Assembly: GCA_977018835.1 (NCBI GenBank)
Contig: OZ361258.1
Location: 1,860,001-1,924,000 of the forward strand
DNA length: 64,000 nucleotides
From: Minutocellus sp. GHC0000111
Taxonomy: Eukaryota
Reading direction: 5' to 3'
Of the stretch, positions 1 through 10,929 are shown piece after piece. The position numbers and the translations under genes were made by a program. Position 1 is the first letter of the stretch. Each line of letters starts with the position of its first letter. Under the pieces are notes generated by a model. The model was given only the letters and a program-made list of their open reading frames with translations. It was not told the origin of the DNA and did not search any database.

Positions 1-720
1 CTTTGCGACATTGATGAACGAAACTGCGGCACAAATCTCCCCTCCCTCCTCTTCGGCCTGGAACGTATACTTGACCGCACCGCTTCGATCTCCTACGTGC
101 TGGACCAATGTTTGGGTTATTTTCAATGGGGTCCGATGAAGCACCGTGGTGGAAGAAGGGCCACCTTCAGGATGGTATCTCACGGCCTTGAGCGTTATCA
201 AAAAAGGTGGTCCAGCGAGGAAAGGGATGGGAGGCTACAAGCCCCGCCCTCCTGATCGGCGGCAAACACACCATCTCCAAAACCCTGCGGATACTCGTCA
301 TTCGAGAAATTGAGGCCTTCCAGATCTTCCAAAATAATAATCATCCTCCCGTATGAGTCTTTCTCGCAGCCACGAAAGTGTTTGACGAGGTACGGTTCTT
401 CCATCAAGGTCGATGTTGTGTTGACTCCCATGTGATCGTCGAGGCGGGGCAATATGACCTTGTCGCATCTGGGACAGGTGCATCTAGGAGCAAAGACCCT
501 CTGTGCCGCGATGTGTTGTTGATTTTTCTCACTATCTGTCAATGCGGCGACCTTGTTGGGTGCAACACCTTTCCCTGTTTCCGATTGCATGAAAAGCACA
601 TACGTCAGTTGTTTCAGAGATGTTTATAGATGGTAAAAATCAATCAATGTAGAAAGACTTTATGTGTGTTCATGCATGTAACATGCACACGCACACGCAT
701 GCAACGTGCCTCCAAGCCAA

Positions 721-1929
721 TTACTTGTACTCACCAAGTCCATCGATCCACATGATCAATGGTGTGCCGTCCGAATAGCGAAGTGGCGTCCCCCCACGGC
801 TGGTGATCTCGACGTACACGAAATGTTCCGCCAATCCCTCCGTGTATCGGAGGACCAGGTTGGCAAAGTCGCGGTACCTTTCCGGCCGGACTCCCACCCC
901 GGCCTCCACCAGACCTCTCTGGGTGAGTGTCACGTACGGCCCGGCCTCGTCCGCCTCGTCGTCGAATCTGTCCTCGACGTAGGCGGTCTTGAGCCAAAAG
1001 TTGATGTCACCCAGCCCGCGGTAGTCCTCCGTCTCGTCGTGCAGCCAGGCCGCAAAGACGGCGGGATCGCACCCGTCGACGAGGCACTCGCGTACGTCTG
1101 GCTGGGATAGGAAGGCCTCGAGGGCCGTTTCGGGAGGAGCAGCGGTGGTGGATTCGTCCTCGTCACTACATGTGCTATCGTCGACGGCGTTATTATCTTC
1201 ATCAAAATCGTTACTGTCGTCACTATCGTCACTGCCGAGAGTATCATCAGCATCGTCTTCGTCACTACTGCTGCAAGTACTGACCACCTCCTCGCTCAAA
1301 GGAGGAAAAAGAGGAGGAGCATCGGCCCCGACGACGACGAACGTCTTGCTCCGCCACTCTCTGGCCAATCGGGTCCAATGCGCATTGCGATGCGGACTGG
1401 CGTCGATCGAACGCGCCAGCTCTCTCGGCAGGGTCGGGCGGAGCTCGTCGGCCAGAAGGGTTGGCAGAGCCGTCAGCGCCGCGCCGCGAAGGAAGCGGCA
1501 GAGGGGTAGGTTTCGAACTACCTCGGCCGGGGGGAGGAATGGCAGGACGAGGGGATACACGTCGAGGAACATCGAGGAGGTGCCGTCGTCGCCGTCGTCG
1601 TGCTCGTTTTCATTGTTTTGTGCATCTACTACTTTGCTCTGGGGAGGAGACCCGTGCTGGGTGATGTCGCACGCAGTGCTGCTACTAGTAGTGCAGGTAC
1701 TGCCACTTTCATGTTCAGAAATAATAGAGCCAGATGCCAATTCCAAAGAGCCTGACGAGGAATCGAAATCTGCGGATACGGACACCGTCCTCCCGGTGGT
1801 GAGGGCCTTGGGCGACGGCGCCGATAAGCTGTCGCTGGGCGTGGTATTGTCACGACATTGGGCGGGATTGTGAATGGTGGCAGCGTGCTTATCGCCCACC
1901 ACCGCCATGCGGGAAGCGCATTGGCCCAT
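721..1929 (-). CDS. Hypothetical protein, possible N-myristoylation start and F-box-like segment
   Basis: Long ORF with likely start MGQCASR at 1929, Ser/Asp-rich low-complexity stretches and an F-box-like LDVYPLVLPFLPPAEVVRNLPLCRFLR segment. Confidence 0.5.
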   Translation of the reverse strand: MGQCASRMAVVGDKHAATIHNPAQCRDNTTPSDSLSAPSPKALTTGRTVSVSADFDSSSGSLELASGSIISEHESGSTCTTSSSTACDITQHGSPPQSKVVDAQNNENEHDDGDDGTSSMFLDVYPLVLPFLPPAEVVRNLPLCRFLRGAALTALPTLLADELRPTLPRELARSIDASPHRNAHWTRLAREWRSKTFVVVGADAPPLFPPLSEEVVSTCSSSDEDDADDTLGSDDSDDSNDFDEDNNAVDDSTCSDEDESTTAAPPETALEAFLSQPDVRECLVDGCDPAVFAAWLHDETEDYRGLGDINFWLKTAYVEDRFDDEADEAGPYVTLTQRGLVEAGVGVRPERYRDFANLVLRYTEGLAEHFVYVEITSRGGTPLRYSDGTPLIMWIDGLGEYK

Positions 1930-2424
1930 GGCGGGCAATGTGAGTTGCTGGGGCCGAAGCAGAAAAAATGAGCCAGCCCATCGCAATCGCAGCCAGGGAC
2001 TTTTTCCGTGCAGGCCGGCGACGCGACGAGCGACGCAGACCGCACCGGCGATTGACGAACCGGATGAAGGACAGGCGCAATTTTGTCACTGCCGCGAGCG
2101 AGACTGGCGCGAAATGGCGAAAATTGCAAAGTAGAAGATCTTCTGGCAGATCCTCGGCCCCGGCTCAGATCGTGCGTGGAGCGGGAAGATTGTGTTATGC
2201 TGTCCGATGTTATCCTTTGCGCCTTGCCCATATTTTCTCTCAATAGATTCAATTGAAAACATCTGAGGAGAAGAATGCTCCGAAACCTCAGCAACAGCAG
2301 TGCTACAAGTGCTGATCGTCGTGAGAATCTTTCGCCCTCATCGTGCAAGGGCTTGGCCAACTCGTCGCCATACGCAAAGTCGTCACATAACAAAGAGGAT
2401 TTGTTCGGTTTGTTGAATCCCGCG

Positions 2425-3638
2425 ATGAAAATGGGACTGATGGCAAGCGTTGCAATCCTATTTCTCCTTGTGGCTTCATCATTTGCCAGTGAAGAATATT
2501 CCGACGACAGCACCCCTCTCTCGAACTTACGAGGCGCTGGAGATGTAGGCGCTGGTGTTGGTCTCAGCAGACTCGGCGGCGCCAGAAAGACGAAATCCGC
2601 CATGATGCGCCAAAGTGCCCCCGAGCAACAGGCATTCTCCAGATCTATCACAGAGGAGGGTGAAGCAAGTTTCGGAGAAATGATGGGAGCAGAGGATGAT
2701 GCAATGGCCAAATCTGATGGTACGACTCTCGGGTCAGAGTTAGTGTCCGAAATGGAGCAGACCTTGGAAGCACATAGGGATGGTGATGCAAGTGCATCAA
2801 TCCAGCGAATGTTGGTTCACTCTGGTGAGCTTTCTCTAAAATCACCCAGAGGCAAGGCGAACGAGATTGCCGATCAGATTTCTGATCTCATTCCAAAGGG
2901 CGGATACGTCGAAGATCGGTCCGAAAGTCTCAGCTATACTCAATGGTCAAGAACGAAGGATCGCAGGAAAATTGACATGAAAGTGCGTGTGCCCAATAAC
3001 GACTTTCATCGGGTCTGGAACCAAATCCAGGGTTTGGTGGATAAGGACCACGTCGTCTCCGTTTCGAGTAAAAGCCGTGATGTTACGGACGAATACATCG
3101 ATGCAAGTGCGCGAGCCGATACGCTCGCGGCAAGTCGCGATGCGCTGAAAATAATCTTGACTCGGGCCAATAGCATCAACGATGTGATGACCGTCAAGAC
3201 TGAGCTCGGTAGCATGACAGAAAAGATTGAGAGTCTCAGACGGAGGGCTGTTTACCTGAAGAAGCAAGCGGTAAGTTGTGATATTTGCACGTAGAAAAGT
3301 GCCGATTGCAATTTAGTGGGATTGTAATCCTAACCAGTTTCTTCTGCTTCTCCATGTTTCTCATTACCAAGACTTTGAGTGAAATCACCGTGACTATCCA
3401 AGAAGAGGAAGCCAAGATGGAGAAAGAGGACAAGAAGACCTCAGGATGGGACCCGACGAAGCCGCTTTATATGGCGACAAAAGATGTAGCGACGCTCTTC
3501 GGTGGTTTTGCCAACGCTGCCATCTACTTGTCTGTCTGGGCAATCCCATGTGGCATATTGTTTGTGCTGTTTCGCACCTTCTGCTGGAAAAAGACTGCGT
3601 ACTGCGTTAGTGAAATCATGGAGCCCCTGGTGAAATGA
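2425..3638 (+). CDS. DUF4349-domain membrane-anchored protein, 2 exons (intron 3271-3371)
   Basis: Signal peptide MKMGLMASVAILFLLVASSFA, then RMLVHSGELSL, GGYVE, MKVRVP and SRDVTDEYID followed by a coiled coil. GTAAGT donor at 3271 and AG acceptor at 3371 join in frame to TLSEITVTI and a C-terminal TM helix. Confidence 0.8.
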
Positions 3639-3710
3639 TCAAGTAATCGGTGTGTTCAACATTTCTAAAAACAAATTATAGAATGATTTGATACATGTAA
3701 GTCAAGTCCT

Positions 3711-6094
3711 TTACAAAATGGCGGTTCTCCCACGACTTTCACCCAACGTGACTGGAACGAGAGTAAATCCCAAGCATAGCACTTCCGATTTTTCATCGCC
3801 AACAATAGGATCATGGAATGGATACCCTAGCAAGATCTTGTCAGGACGATGCCCACTCAGAACAAGTTTGAGCTGCCGAAGGAATAGATCGTCAATAGAG
3901 TACCCTCCAGCATGTAAGTTCAAGTTCGTATATGTAAAGCATCGCTCCTCCATTTGATCCACCAAATCAGAGGTATTAGGAAGAATTGCGATGAAGAATA
4001 AAACTTGCCGCCATGCGTACGCAAATTTTACCCAGTCGATATCTTTTGAGCGCAAATCATGAATAATGTTGTCCCATGCCTTTAGTGCTAATTCTTGCGC
4101 ATCCAATTCAATATCAAGAACAGAGAAACATGCAACTAAGTTGTGGGTTGTGATGATCTGCTGTACCTCAATTTCATGATTTGCACATAAAATTCTCGTG
4201 TCCCTTTCCACTAGTTCCGCAAGCGGCGTTTCCATCTTCGCAATTTCCTCGTAATTGAGTCCATAATATCTCTCATATGGGCTTCCTTTCAAAAGCTCTG
4301 CCGCAAGACGAGCACTTCTTTCGAACTTATCCGAGAATTTCCCCGAGAACAAATCGCTCGCGAGATCTTCCGTCAGATGCATCTCCTTGCCGGCTTGTTC
4401 TGCCAGTGACTGCATGTACCGCAGCATTTTGTTTGGAAATATGGTATGTGGAAACGCGTTGATTGTAGTTTCCGCAAAAAAATCAGCATGGACGCCGCGC
4501 TTTCGCGTTCTTCTTCACGATATGTTAGAAGCGGCAGAGACCACGGGATTTCGGCAAAACGAACTTGGGATTGATTGGTCTTTGTATCCAGGAGGAGAAC
4601 AGACCGGCGATTGTCAAATGCGCACTCAAGGGCATACCCAAGACGACCTAGACTCTCATCAGGGACGTGAGAGGACATGGCCCAAGCCACCAATTTTGGA
4701 ACCGACTGCGCCAGTTCCTCGCTTGACGAAATGACTCCGATTTGAATTAGTTCCTCGACCGACCCTACTGTGGCGCGCCTCAAAGCAGGATGAGCCATGC
4801 GTGGGGAGCTGGCAACCAGCACGTCGACCGTTTGTGCATCTAGGCCCCCTTCTAGATCTTCACTGGGAATGGAATCCAAAACTTCAATAAGAGACTCTAG
4901 TTCCTTTGTATCGCGCTCACTGGGGCGGTACCTTCGGATTCTCGATTGATACATGCCAAACTTGGTAGAACCTGGCAAGCCAGTCTTCTTGGAACTGCCT
5001 AACAATATGTTCTGCAACATTTGCCTATCATTGTCTCCAAAACGGTCCTCCCTTGATACCAAGCACTTTGCAATGCAACTCGCCATAGTGTAAGTAGATC
5101 CCTTTCGCGCCCTCTTTCAATTTGTGTCCTGACCCGCAAGGCGAATAAACTCAAGTAAGAGCGACATGGCCCGGCCCGACCAGCCCGGGGGGAAACGCAT
5201 GCCCGGGATACCGTCGGTGCCTCGTGTTTCCATCCAAAGCTGCTGCATCCTCCACTTCATCGGGAGCCAATCATCAATGGCTCGGCGGTGAGAGATCTTG
5301 GCTCGTATTCTTGGGACATTGATGTTAGTCTCCACCCGGAGAAGGTTATTGATATCTTCCTTGACTTCACCCACGCTGGCGACAAACAGCTCCGATGGAT
5401 CGCCTATCATTACTAGGGCAGTCTCAGACCGGTCAGGATAGAAACGAAGCCGGTCAAAGTACGGTGCAATCTCCTCGAGTATCTGCATCGCGTCATCAGC
5501 TCGATTTTCATTCAGCAGCCATGCTACCATGAGGAGGGCACCGTGTTCCGGATATTTAAGACGGTAGCAGCCGCTCCGAAGCAATTCTTCCAATTCCAAC
5601 AGCCCAGGGCCGGTCAAGTAGAATTCATTGGGCACGTTGCCTTCTTTTAGCTCTGCCAAAAGCGTTCTGCTGACAAATCCTCCTTCTAGAACCTCCGGAG
5701 TTGCCCAAATGGGCGCATCTTTGACCGCTTGCCGCTCGCCCCAGCTTGTCCTGTTGGTTCGTAGAGCCTGTTCCCAAGCCTGCACTTTCTCCAGCCGCCG
5801 GGATTTGTTTTCGTCAAGAGCGAGGCGTTTGTCGTCCGACAAGCCCTGTAGGCGTTGGATTTGTTGCACGCCGTAAAAGGGATTGACTATCTTCGTCTCA
5901 TTTGTCTCGGATTCATCAGCTCTTTCCTCCTCGAAGGGGCCGCCAGATGACAGCGCAAGGACCGTGCCGCCGATCGGCGTGATTCTATTATTCTGGACGG
6001 GAGTAGGAGCAAAGCACGCCACCTTGACGCAAAGCAACGAGAGAAAACAAAGACGAGCGACGACCATCTTACAAATTTGTAATGTTTGGGGCAT
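3711..6094 (-). pseudogene. Homologue of an uncharacterised large bacterial protein family, with plastid-type presequence; one in-frame TGA (5117-5119) and one frameshift (~4480)
   Basis: Three ORFs (5117-6094, 4373-5086, 3711-4427) read as one protein. Motifs WATPEVLEGGF, YPEHGALLMVAWLL, PYFDRLRFYP, AFPHTIFPNKML, YERYYGLNY, QQIITTHNL and AYAWRQVLFF. The TGA is in frame with the next ORF, and the frameshift is at the A7 run 4476-4482. Confidence 0.7.
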
Positions 6095-6277
6095 TCAAGA
6101 AAATATGATACAGACGTGATATGTCGCGTCCTTGAATTGAAAGGCGAGGTGGCGATGATGGATTTGGACATGCTGCCAGATTCCACGTTCAGATGTCTCT
6201 CCAGACAAGTAAAATTTATTCCAAGATAGCAACGGAGGTGCAACCGGAGCAATTACTTATGGTAAAGTCTGTCCGCT

Positions 6278-6804
6278 TCATTCTTGTTTCCCTGCCGCTT
6301 CTACCTTTTCATCCATAATCTTGTCGCAAGTTCGACAGACCCCCTTGCCTGAAGAAAAAAGGCTCAGGATACATGTTGCAACCGATATGACCGCACTCCA
6401 GCTTCTTGGTGTGGTGCTTTGAATCGCAACTCGGGTCACCCTTGTCGCAAAAGTACGACCCACAGCATTCGGTCGGCCTGCCGACGACAGGCGTACCGTT
6501 TCCCCAACAATTCGTCGACCAATTCGGAGTAGCCACCGCCCTCGTGATACTTCGGAGGCATGCAGCACCAACTGCCCATCTCGTCGCAAATGCCGCATGT
6601 GTTGGCCATGGAGCAGTCGGTACAAACGAACGCGGACTCGAACCCATCTCCGTACCCGCACCGTTCGCACCCGTCGGTATGGTCAGCCTCGGTCTCGACA
6701 CCGCAGTAGCTGCATTTTCCGATGCCGCGGCAATCGTTGCATTTTCCAGTTCTGTTGTCGCTACCGTCGCTGAAGTACCCGTCGCAGTTGTAACATTCCG
6801 GCAT
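6278..6804 (-). CDS. Small Cys-rich (multiple CxxC) putative zinc-binding protein, two apparent frameshifts
   Basis: MPECYNCDG...CNDC...CSYC...CERC...CTDC...CGIC continues in other frames (ECCGSYFC...CGHIGC; VCRTCDK) across homopolymers at ~6500 and ~6355. Confidence 0.5.
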
Positions 6805-7337
6805 GGTTGGTTCACTACCCAAAGGCGGCACGGTGCCTCGATGAGCAACGCAGCACGCGAAGATGAAGCAAAAAAATGAGCATCAATGTTGCAGGCGATC
6901 ATGTGCTTTTTCTTCTTTTTTGCACTTTCCTACCCTTTCCGTTTTCAGAAACGAGCAGCAAGATGCCACGGCGCCACACGGCGGCGCCGCACGGCCCATC
7001 CGCCACGACCAAGACGGCGTGGCCATAATTGTTGGCATTGATCTGCAGATCATTGATCCTTCCTCCCATTCATTGGAAAGAATCTCGTTTGTCCGAGCGG
7101 ATCCATTTGAATTTGCGCTGGCTCTTGATCTTATTGCAGTATAGCAGCAAGGGCTCGACATTGTGGCATTTCGCTTGCTGAATCAATCAGCACAAGATAC
7201 GTCGTTCAAAAGTAGCGAAAGCACTTGACTTGTCAAAGAACAATAATCCATCGCCATCACGGTTAAAACGAACTACCTCCCACCCACAAATTCATACTAG
7301 TAGCACGGCACGGCCAGCACATCACATAGCTCCAATC

Positions 7338-8251
7338 ATGACGGCCGAAATGCAGTCCCTCGCGAATGACCCCAACTTCGTCGTGGAGTTTGCAGTCGGC
7401 GAGACCTTTCCGTCGCTGGTCCCCCAGCAGAAGGGAAGTGGCATTGTCTTTTCGGGTCTCTACTTTAATGAACCCAAGCGTTACATCATGAAAAAGGCCC
7501 ACATGTCTCGTGAAGACGTTCGCATCCTTGATGTCGATAACGGCCGCGTCGTCATGGTCAGTCATCATCCTGGCAAGAATCCCTACGAAAAGATGGACCC
7601 CCTCGGTCTTGGCAACACCGGCAAGCGATATGAGAAGCATGGCGGTGAGTGGGAGAGCGCCACGGACGTGACCAGCCGGCAGCGCGGCATGCAAAGCTTC
7701 AAGATCCGGCCCAAGTCGCTGTCTCGTCATGGCCGGCAGTACATCAAAAGAACAACGACACGGTGTTCAACATTGGCAAGCAGGGCAAGCTCAAGACGAT
7801 GAGCTTGCGTCCTCACTTTGCCGTTGGCAGAGGCATGGATGGGGAGGTCGAGTATACAATTGTCGCCGATATGATGGGACGGACGTTCACGATTCGCAAT
7901 AAGAACGATGAGGTGATTTGCCAGGTATCTAAGACAACCAAGGCTTTGATTCAGTCGCAGGTATTTGGCAGCGGCAGCGAGAGCACCATCGATATTGCCC
8001 CTGGAGTGGATTGCTCTTTAATCTTGGCCATTGTTTATGGCATCGGCGCCGTGGGCAACCACTTTGTTGCCGACGCATTCAACAACTTTGTTGCTGAGCC
8101 ATTGAAAGATAGCATCACCGATAGTGTAATCGAGGGTGCTGGGTTGCAAGGAGCGGCCAGTCAGTATACCCAGGCGTCCAATAGTGCCACCCATCATGTC
8201 AGCAAGCTTCACAAGACGGCCAAGTTCTTCAATGATACGTTCTTCAAGTAG
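7338..8251 (+). CDS. LURP-one/Tubby C-terminal-like (scramblase-fold) protein, frameshift at ~7748
   Basis: YIMKKAHMSREDVRILD, FKIRPKSLSRHGRQYIK, then in the next frame NNDTVFNIGK...TIVADMMGRTFTIRN...IDIAPGVDCSLILAIV, which is a typical LURP C-terminus. One extra A in ATCAAAAGAAC would restore the frame. Confidence 0.7.
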
Positions 8252-8372
8252 AGAAATAAAAAGTCCTCTTCTTGTGCTGGTTTATGTTTGAACCTCCATA
8301 TGTGTGAAAACGACGTGTCCTTACCATGGGCTTTACGATCCCCACTAACTATTTTAGAAAACCGACCCGACA

Positions 8373-10421
8373 CTATAAGACGTCCTTGCACAGATAATGA
8401 AAGTACTTGGTAATCAGTGCTTTCATGGGCGGTCCGATGATGTGCATGCCGTCCATTTGTGTGGCTGTATCATACGTAAATGGCGCAGATAAATCATAAG
8501 CCTCCAGATATTTGTATCCCTTTGGTACGGTTACATTCTTGAGCATATCATTCACTGCTTTCGTTCGCTCGGCCTCGGCGTAAGTTTCTCGTTCAGACGA
8601 GAGGAAGAACCCACCAACTATGAAATGAATGTGGATTGCTATGACGGTCGGAAAGTTTTTCATTGTGTTTGCAAGTTCTTCATCGGATTGAAACATCAGA
8701 TGTAGGAGTTTCTTTGTGCTCAGGATCGAAAAAGTCCCCTTTGATTTGGTACCATTGAATGGCTGCACTGACGCTATTCGTTGCGTGACGTATTCATTCA
8801 AGAACTCGGAGATGCTAGCCCCTTCGGAATTGAAACTCATTATGTGACGAGCATCAATGCACTGTTGCAACTGCGCATCCGTTAGTTCTAGGTATCTGCA
8901 TCTATAGGGCATCCATTTCCCGTAAAATGTCTGTGTTTCATTTCGCATTGGCGATATGTACTTGCTCTCGGGCTTGATGAGCGGACAATTCATCTCAGAG
9001 CACTGGTGGCCAATCCTAGTCAAGTCGTCTCTGTTCCAGCAGTGTGGCTTTGTACCATTCCACTCGACGATGTCAAATCTGCTTGCATGATTCTGATCAA
9101 ACACCAGATTTTCTGGACAGTCAGCTGGAACAGGCCCTCTCACCCATCTTCCTGATGAATTCAGCTCTTCGTCAATTTCACACAGTGGCAGGGTTGGCTC
9201 TAACTTCCAAGGCGACAGCTCAGCCCCCCACTCAGTTGTTTTCGGTAGGACTGTGAAGGAATTGTCCTGCATAAATACCATATCATCTAGCTCACCCGAA
9301 AGGCATGGAAAGTCCAATGTAAACCAATTCGACCACCCACACCCAGCAAACCACATGGTTGGCCTCTGCCTGTGCGGCCTGCCAAAGATATATCTTACAT
9401 TCGGTTGTATCACCGATGCGTTCGGCCTTCGAAGCTCTTGCGTCAACGTCATGCTTAGATTGCCATGCAAATGACTCCGAGGAATAATGTCCAGAGGCGT
9501 GGACGGGTCATAGTAAAGCTCACATCCGTTGGTAACCCAATTAAGCTGCGACGGATGGATGTTGAACGGCGGAGACGACCAGGCCTCACATCCCTCAAAT
9601 CGAGTACAAAGTTCGCAGCATGCAACGTCGGGGCTGTACATTTTGAACCCTTTCCAGCCGGCATGGATAGGATATTGATCAATGAGTTGGGTTAGGGTTT
9701 GAAATGCGTCTCTACCCACAATCGTCTCTGTTCTGTTCACTTCACATTTCATATCGGCCGTGTGTGGTTGATTCCCATTGTATTGCACAATCTTGGCGTC
9801 GACATGATACACACCCGATACCGACGGTTGGAACTCATAGTGCCACACGCACACATGTCCCGCGGACGCAATGGTCTTGGCATCAGCCGCTGTGGCCCGA
9901 CCGGCAAATATCTCTTCTCCGCGCACTCGGACCCATATTAGGAACTTGTCGCATTCCTCTGCTGTCCACTTGCGTTTGCCTTTTTGATTTGAATGGACGT
10001 CTCGTATTGTTACAAATGACTTTTCTCCTGCGGTGAGTTCCGTTTGTGGCACTTCGGCGGCAAGAATAATACCGTGCTGTTCCAGAAGATACCCAACTCC
10101 ACGTAAGCGCCAGTGGGCGTAGTTGAAGCCGGCGGCATGATGGGCCGTCTTTCGCGATTGGACGAACTCATTTGCTTGATACGTCAACGAGCTGTTGTCT
10201 ATTTTGGCCGTCGAGAATGAAGGCAGCGACGGAAGTGATATCGAGGAGAAGGAGGACGCAACCGACTTGGGCTTCAATTGCACGTCTCCGGAGGTAAGCT
10301 GTTGGCCAAATTGCAATATGTTGCTCTGCCATCGGAGGCAGGCAAGCGCAGGAAAGAAAATAGCAAGGGCTACAATGAGCCGCATTGGCAGCCGGCCGTC
10401 GCTCTGTGGCTCGCTCATCAT
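8373..10421 (-). CDS. Type II membrane protein with PAN/apple-like module and C-terminal SGNH/PC-esterase-like domain
   Basis: 682-aa ORF with N-terminal TM, CCELCTRFEGCEAWS (PAN-like), GRWV...W.PY.C and terminal DGMH (DxxH). Confidence 0.6.
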   Translation of the reverse strand: MMSEPQSDGRLPMRLIVALAIFFPALACLRWQSNILQFGQQLTSGDVQLKPKSVASSFSSISLPSLPSFSTAKIDNSSLTYQANEFVQSRKTAHHAAGFNYAHWRLRGVGYLLEQHGIILAAEVPQTELTAGEKSFVTIRDVHSNQKGKRKWTAEECDKFLIWVRVRGEEIFAGRATAADAKTIASAGHVCVWHYEFQPSVSGVYHVDAKIVQYNGNQPHTADMKCEVNRTETIVGRDAFQTLTQLIDQYPIHAGWKGFKMYSPDVACCELCTRFEGCEAWSSPPFNIHPSQLNWVTNGCELYYDPSTPLDIIPRSHLHGNLSMTLTQELRRPNASVIQPNVRYIFGRPHRQRPTMWFAGCGWSNWFTLDFPCLSGELDDMVFMQDNSFTVLPKTTEWGAELSPWKLEPTLPLCEIDEELNSSGRWVRGPVPADCPENLVFDQNHASRFDIVEWNGTKPHCWNRDDLTRIGHQCSEMNCPLIKPESKYISPMRNETQTFYGKWMPYRCRYLELTDAQLQQCIDARHIMSFNSEGASISEFLNEYVTQRIASVQPFNGTKSKGTFSILSTKKLLHLMFQSDEELANTMKNFPTVIAIHIHFIVGGFFLSSERETYAEAERTKAVNDMLKNVTVPKGYKYLEAYDLSAPFTYDTATQMDGMHIIGPPMKALITKYFHYLCKDVL

Positions 10422-10784
10422 GCTCGTGTTGAACTGGTATCTCTTGTCAGAGGAGGGCTACATGTACCTGGGTATAAGTAAATGCAAATGCATTGTACTA
10501 CGTGATACTTGCCTGGATTGTGCCGCCACCAGGCAAGAGCTGGCCGAGGAACTCATAGCACTTACCAAGTGTTGCAGCAGCCCAATCTGCAATTGACTGA
10601 CTTGTTTCCCCGTTCCGCAGGCACGGCAAACTTGCTTGGCGGTTGACGACCAGACGAGTTGAGTCGATTCTTTCTCTGTTTAATCATAAAGAAATCTGTC
10701 ATGATGACAGGTTTCTTAATTTGCACAGTTGGAAAAGGAAAATTTTGACGATTCCACCTCTCGTATTACATGTAGTTGTTGCCA

Positions 10785-10897
10785 TGTGCCCCAAATAAGC
10801 ATGTCATCCAAATCTAAGCCCTCAATATGCTTATTTTATCTGAAATCTAAGCCCTGAGATAAGCATATTGAATATGCTTATTGCTAGGGACGGACTG
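10785..10897. repeat. Remnant end of a small DNA transposon/MITE with repeated palindromic motifs
   Basis: AAATCTAAGCCCT occurs twice (10810, 10843). ATAAGCAT/ATGCTTAT motifs include the perfect inverted repeat ATAAGCATATT-G-AATATGCTTAT (10859-10881). The segment ends in TAGGGACGGACTG. Confidence 0.4.
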
Positions 10898-10929
10898 CAT
10901 CATGTTGAGTGACATAAATTTTGCGGTAA

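Noticed and set aside
4476..4482. Programmed ribosomal frameshifting at homopolymer runs
   Set aside because: Similar indels affect many unrelated genes in both directions, which fits sequencing error or decay better.
5117..5119. In-frame TGA as selenocysteine or programmed readthrough
   Set aside because: No redox motif context, no SECIS identified, the same gene also has a frameshift, and in-frame TAA stops occur elsewhere in the window.
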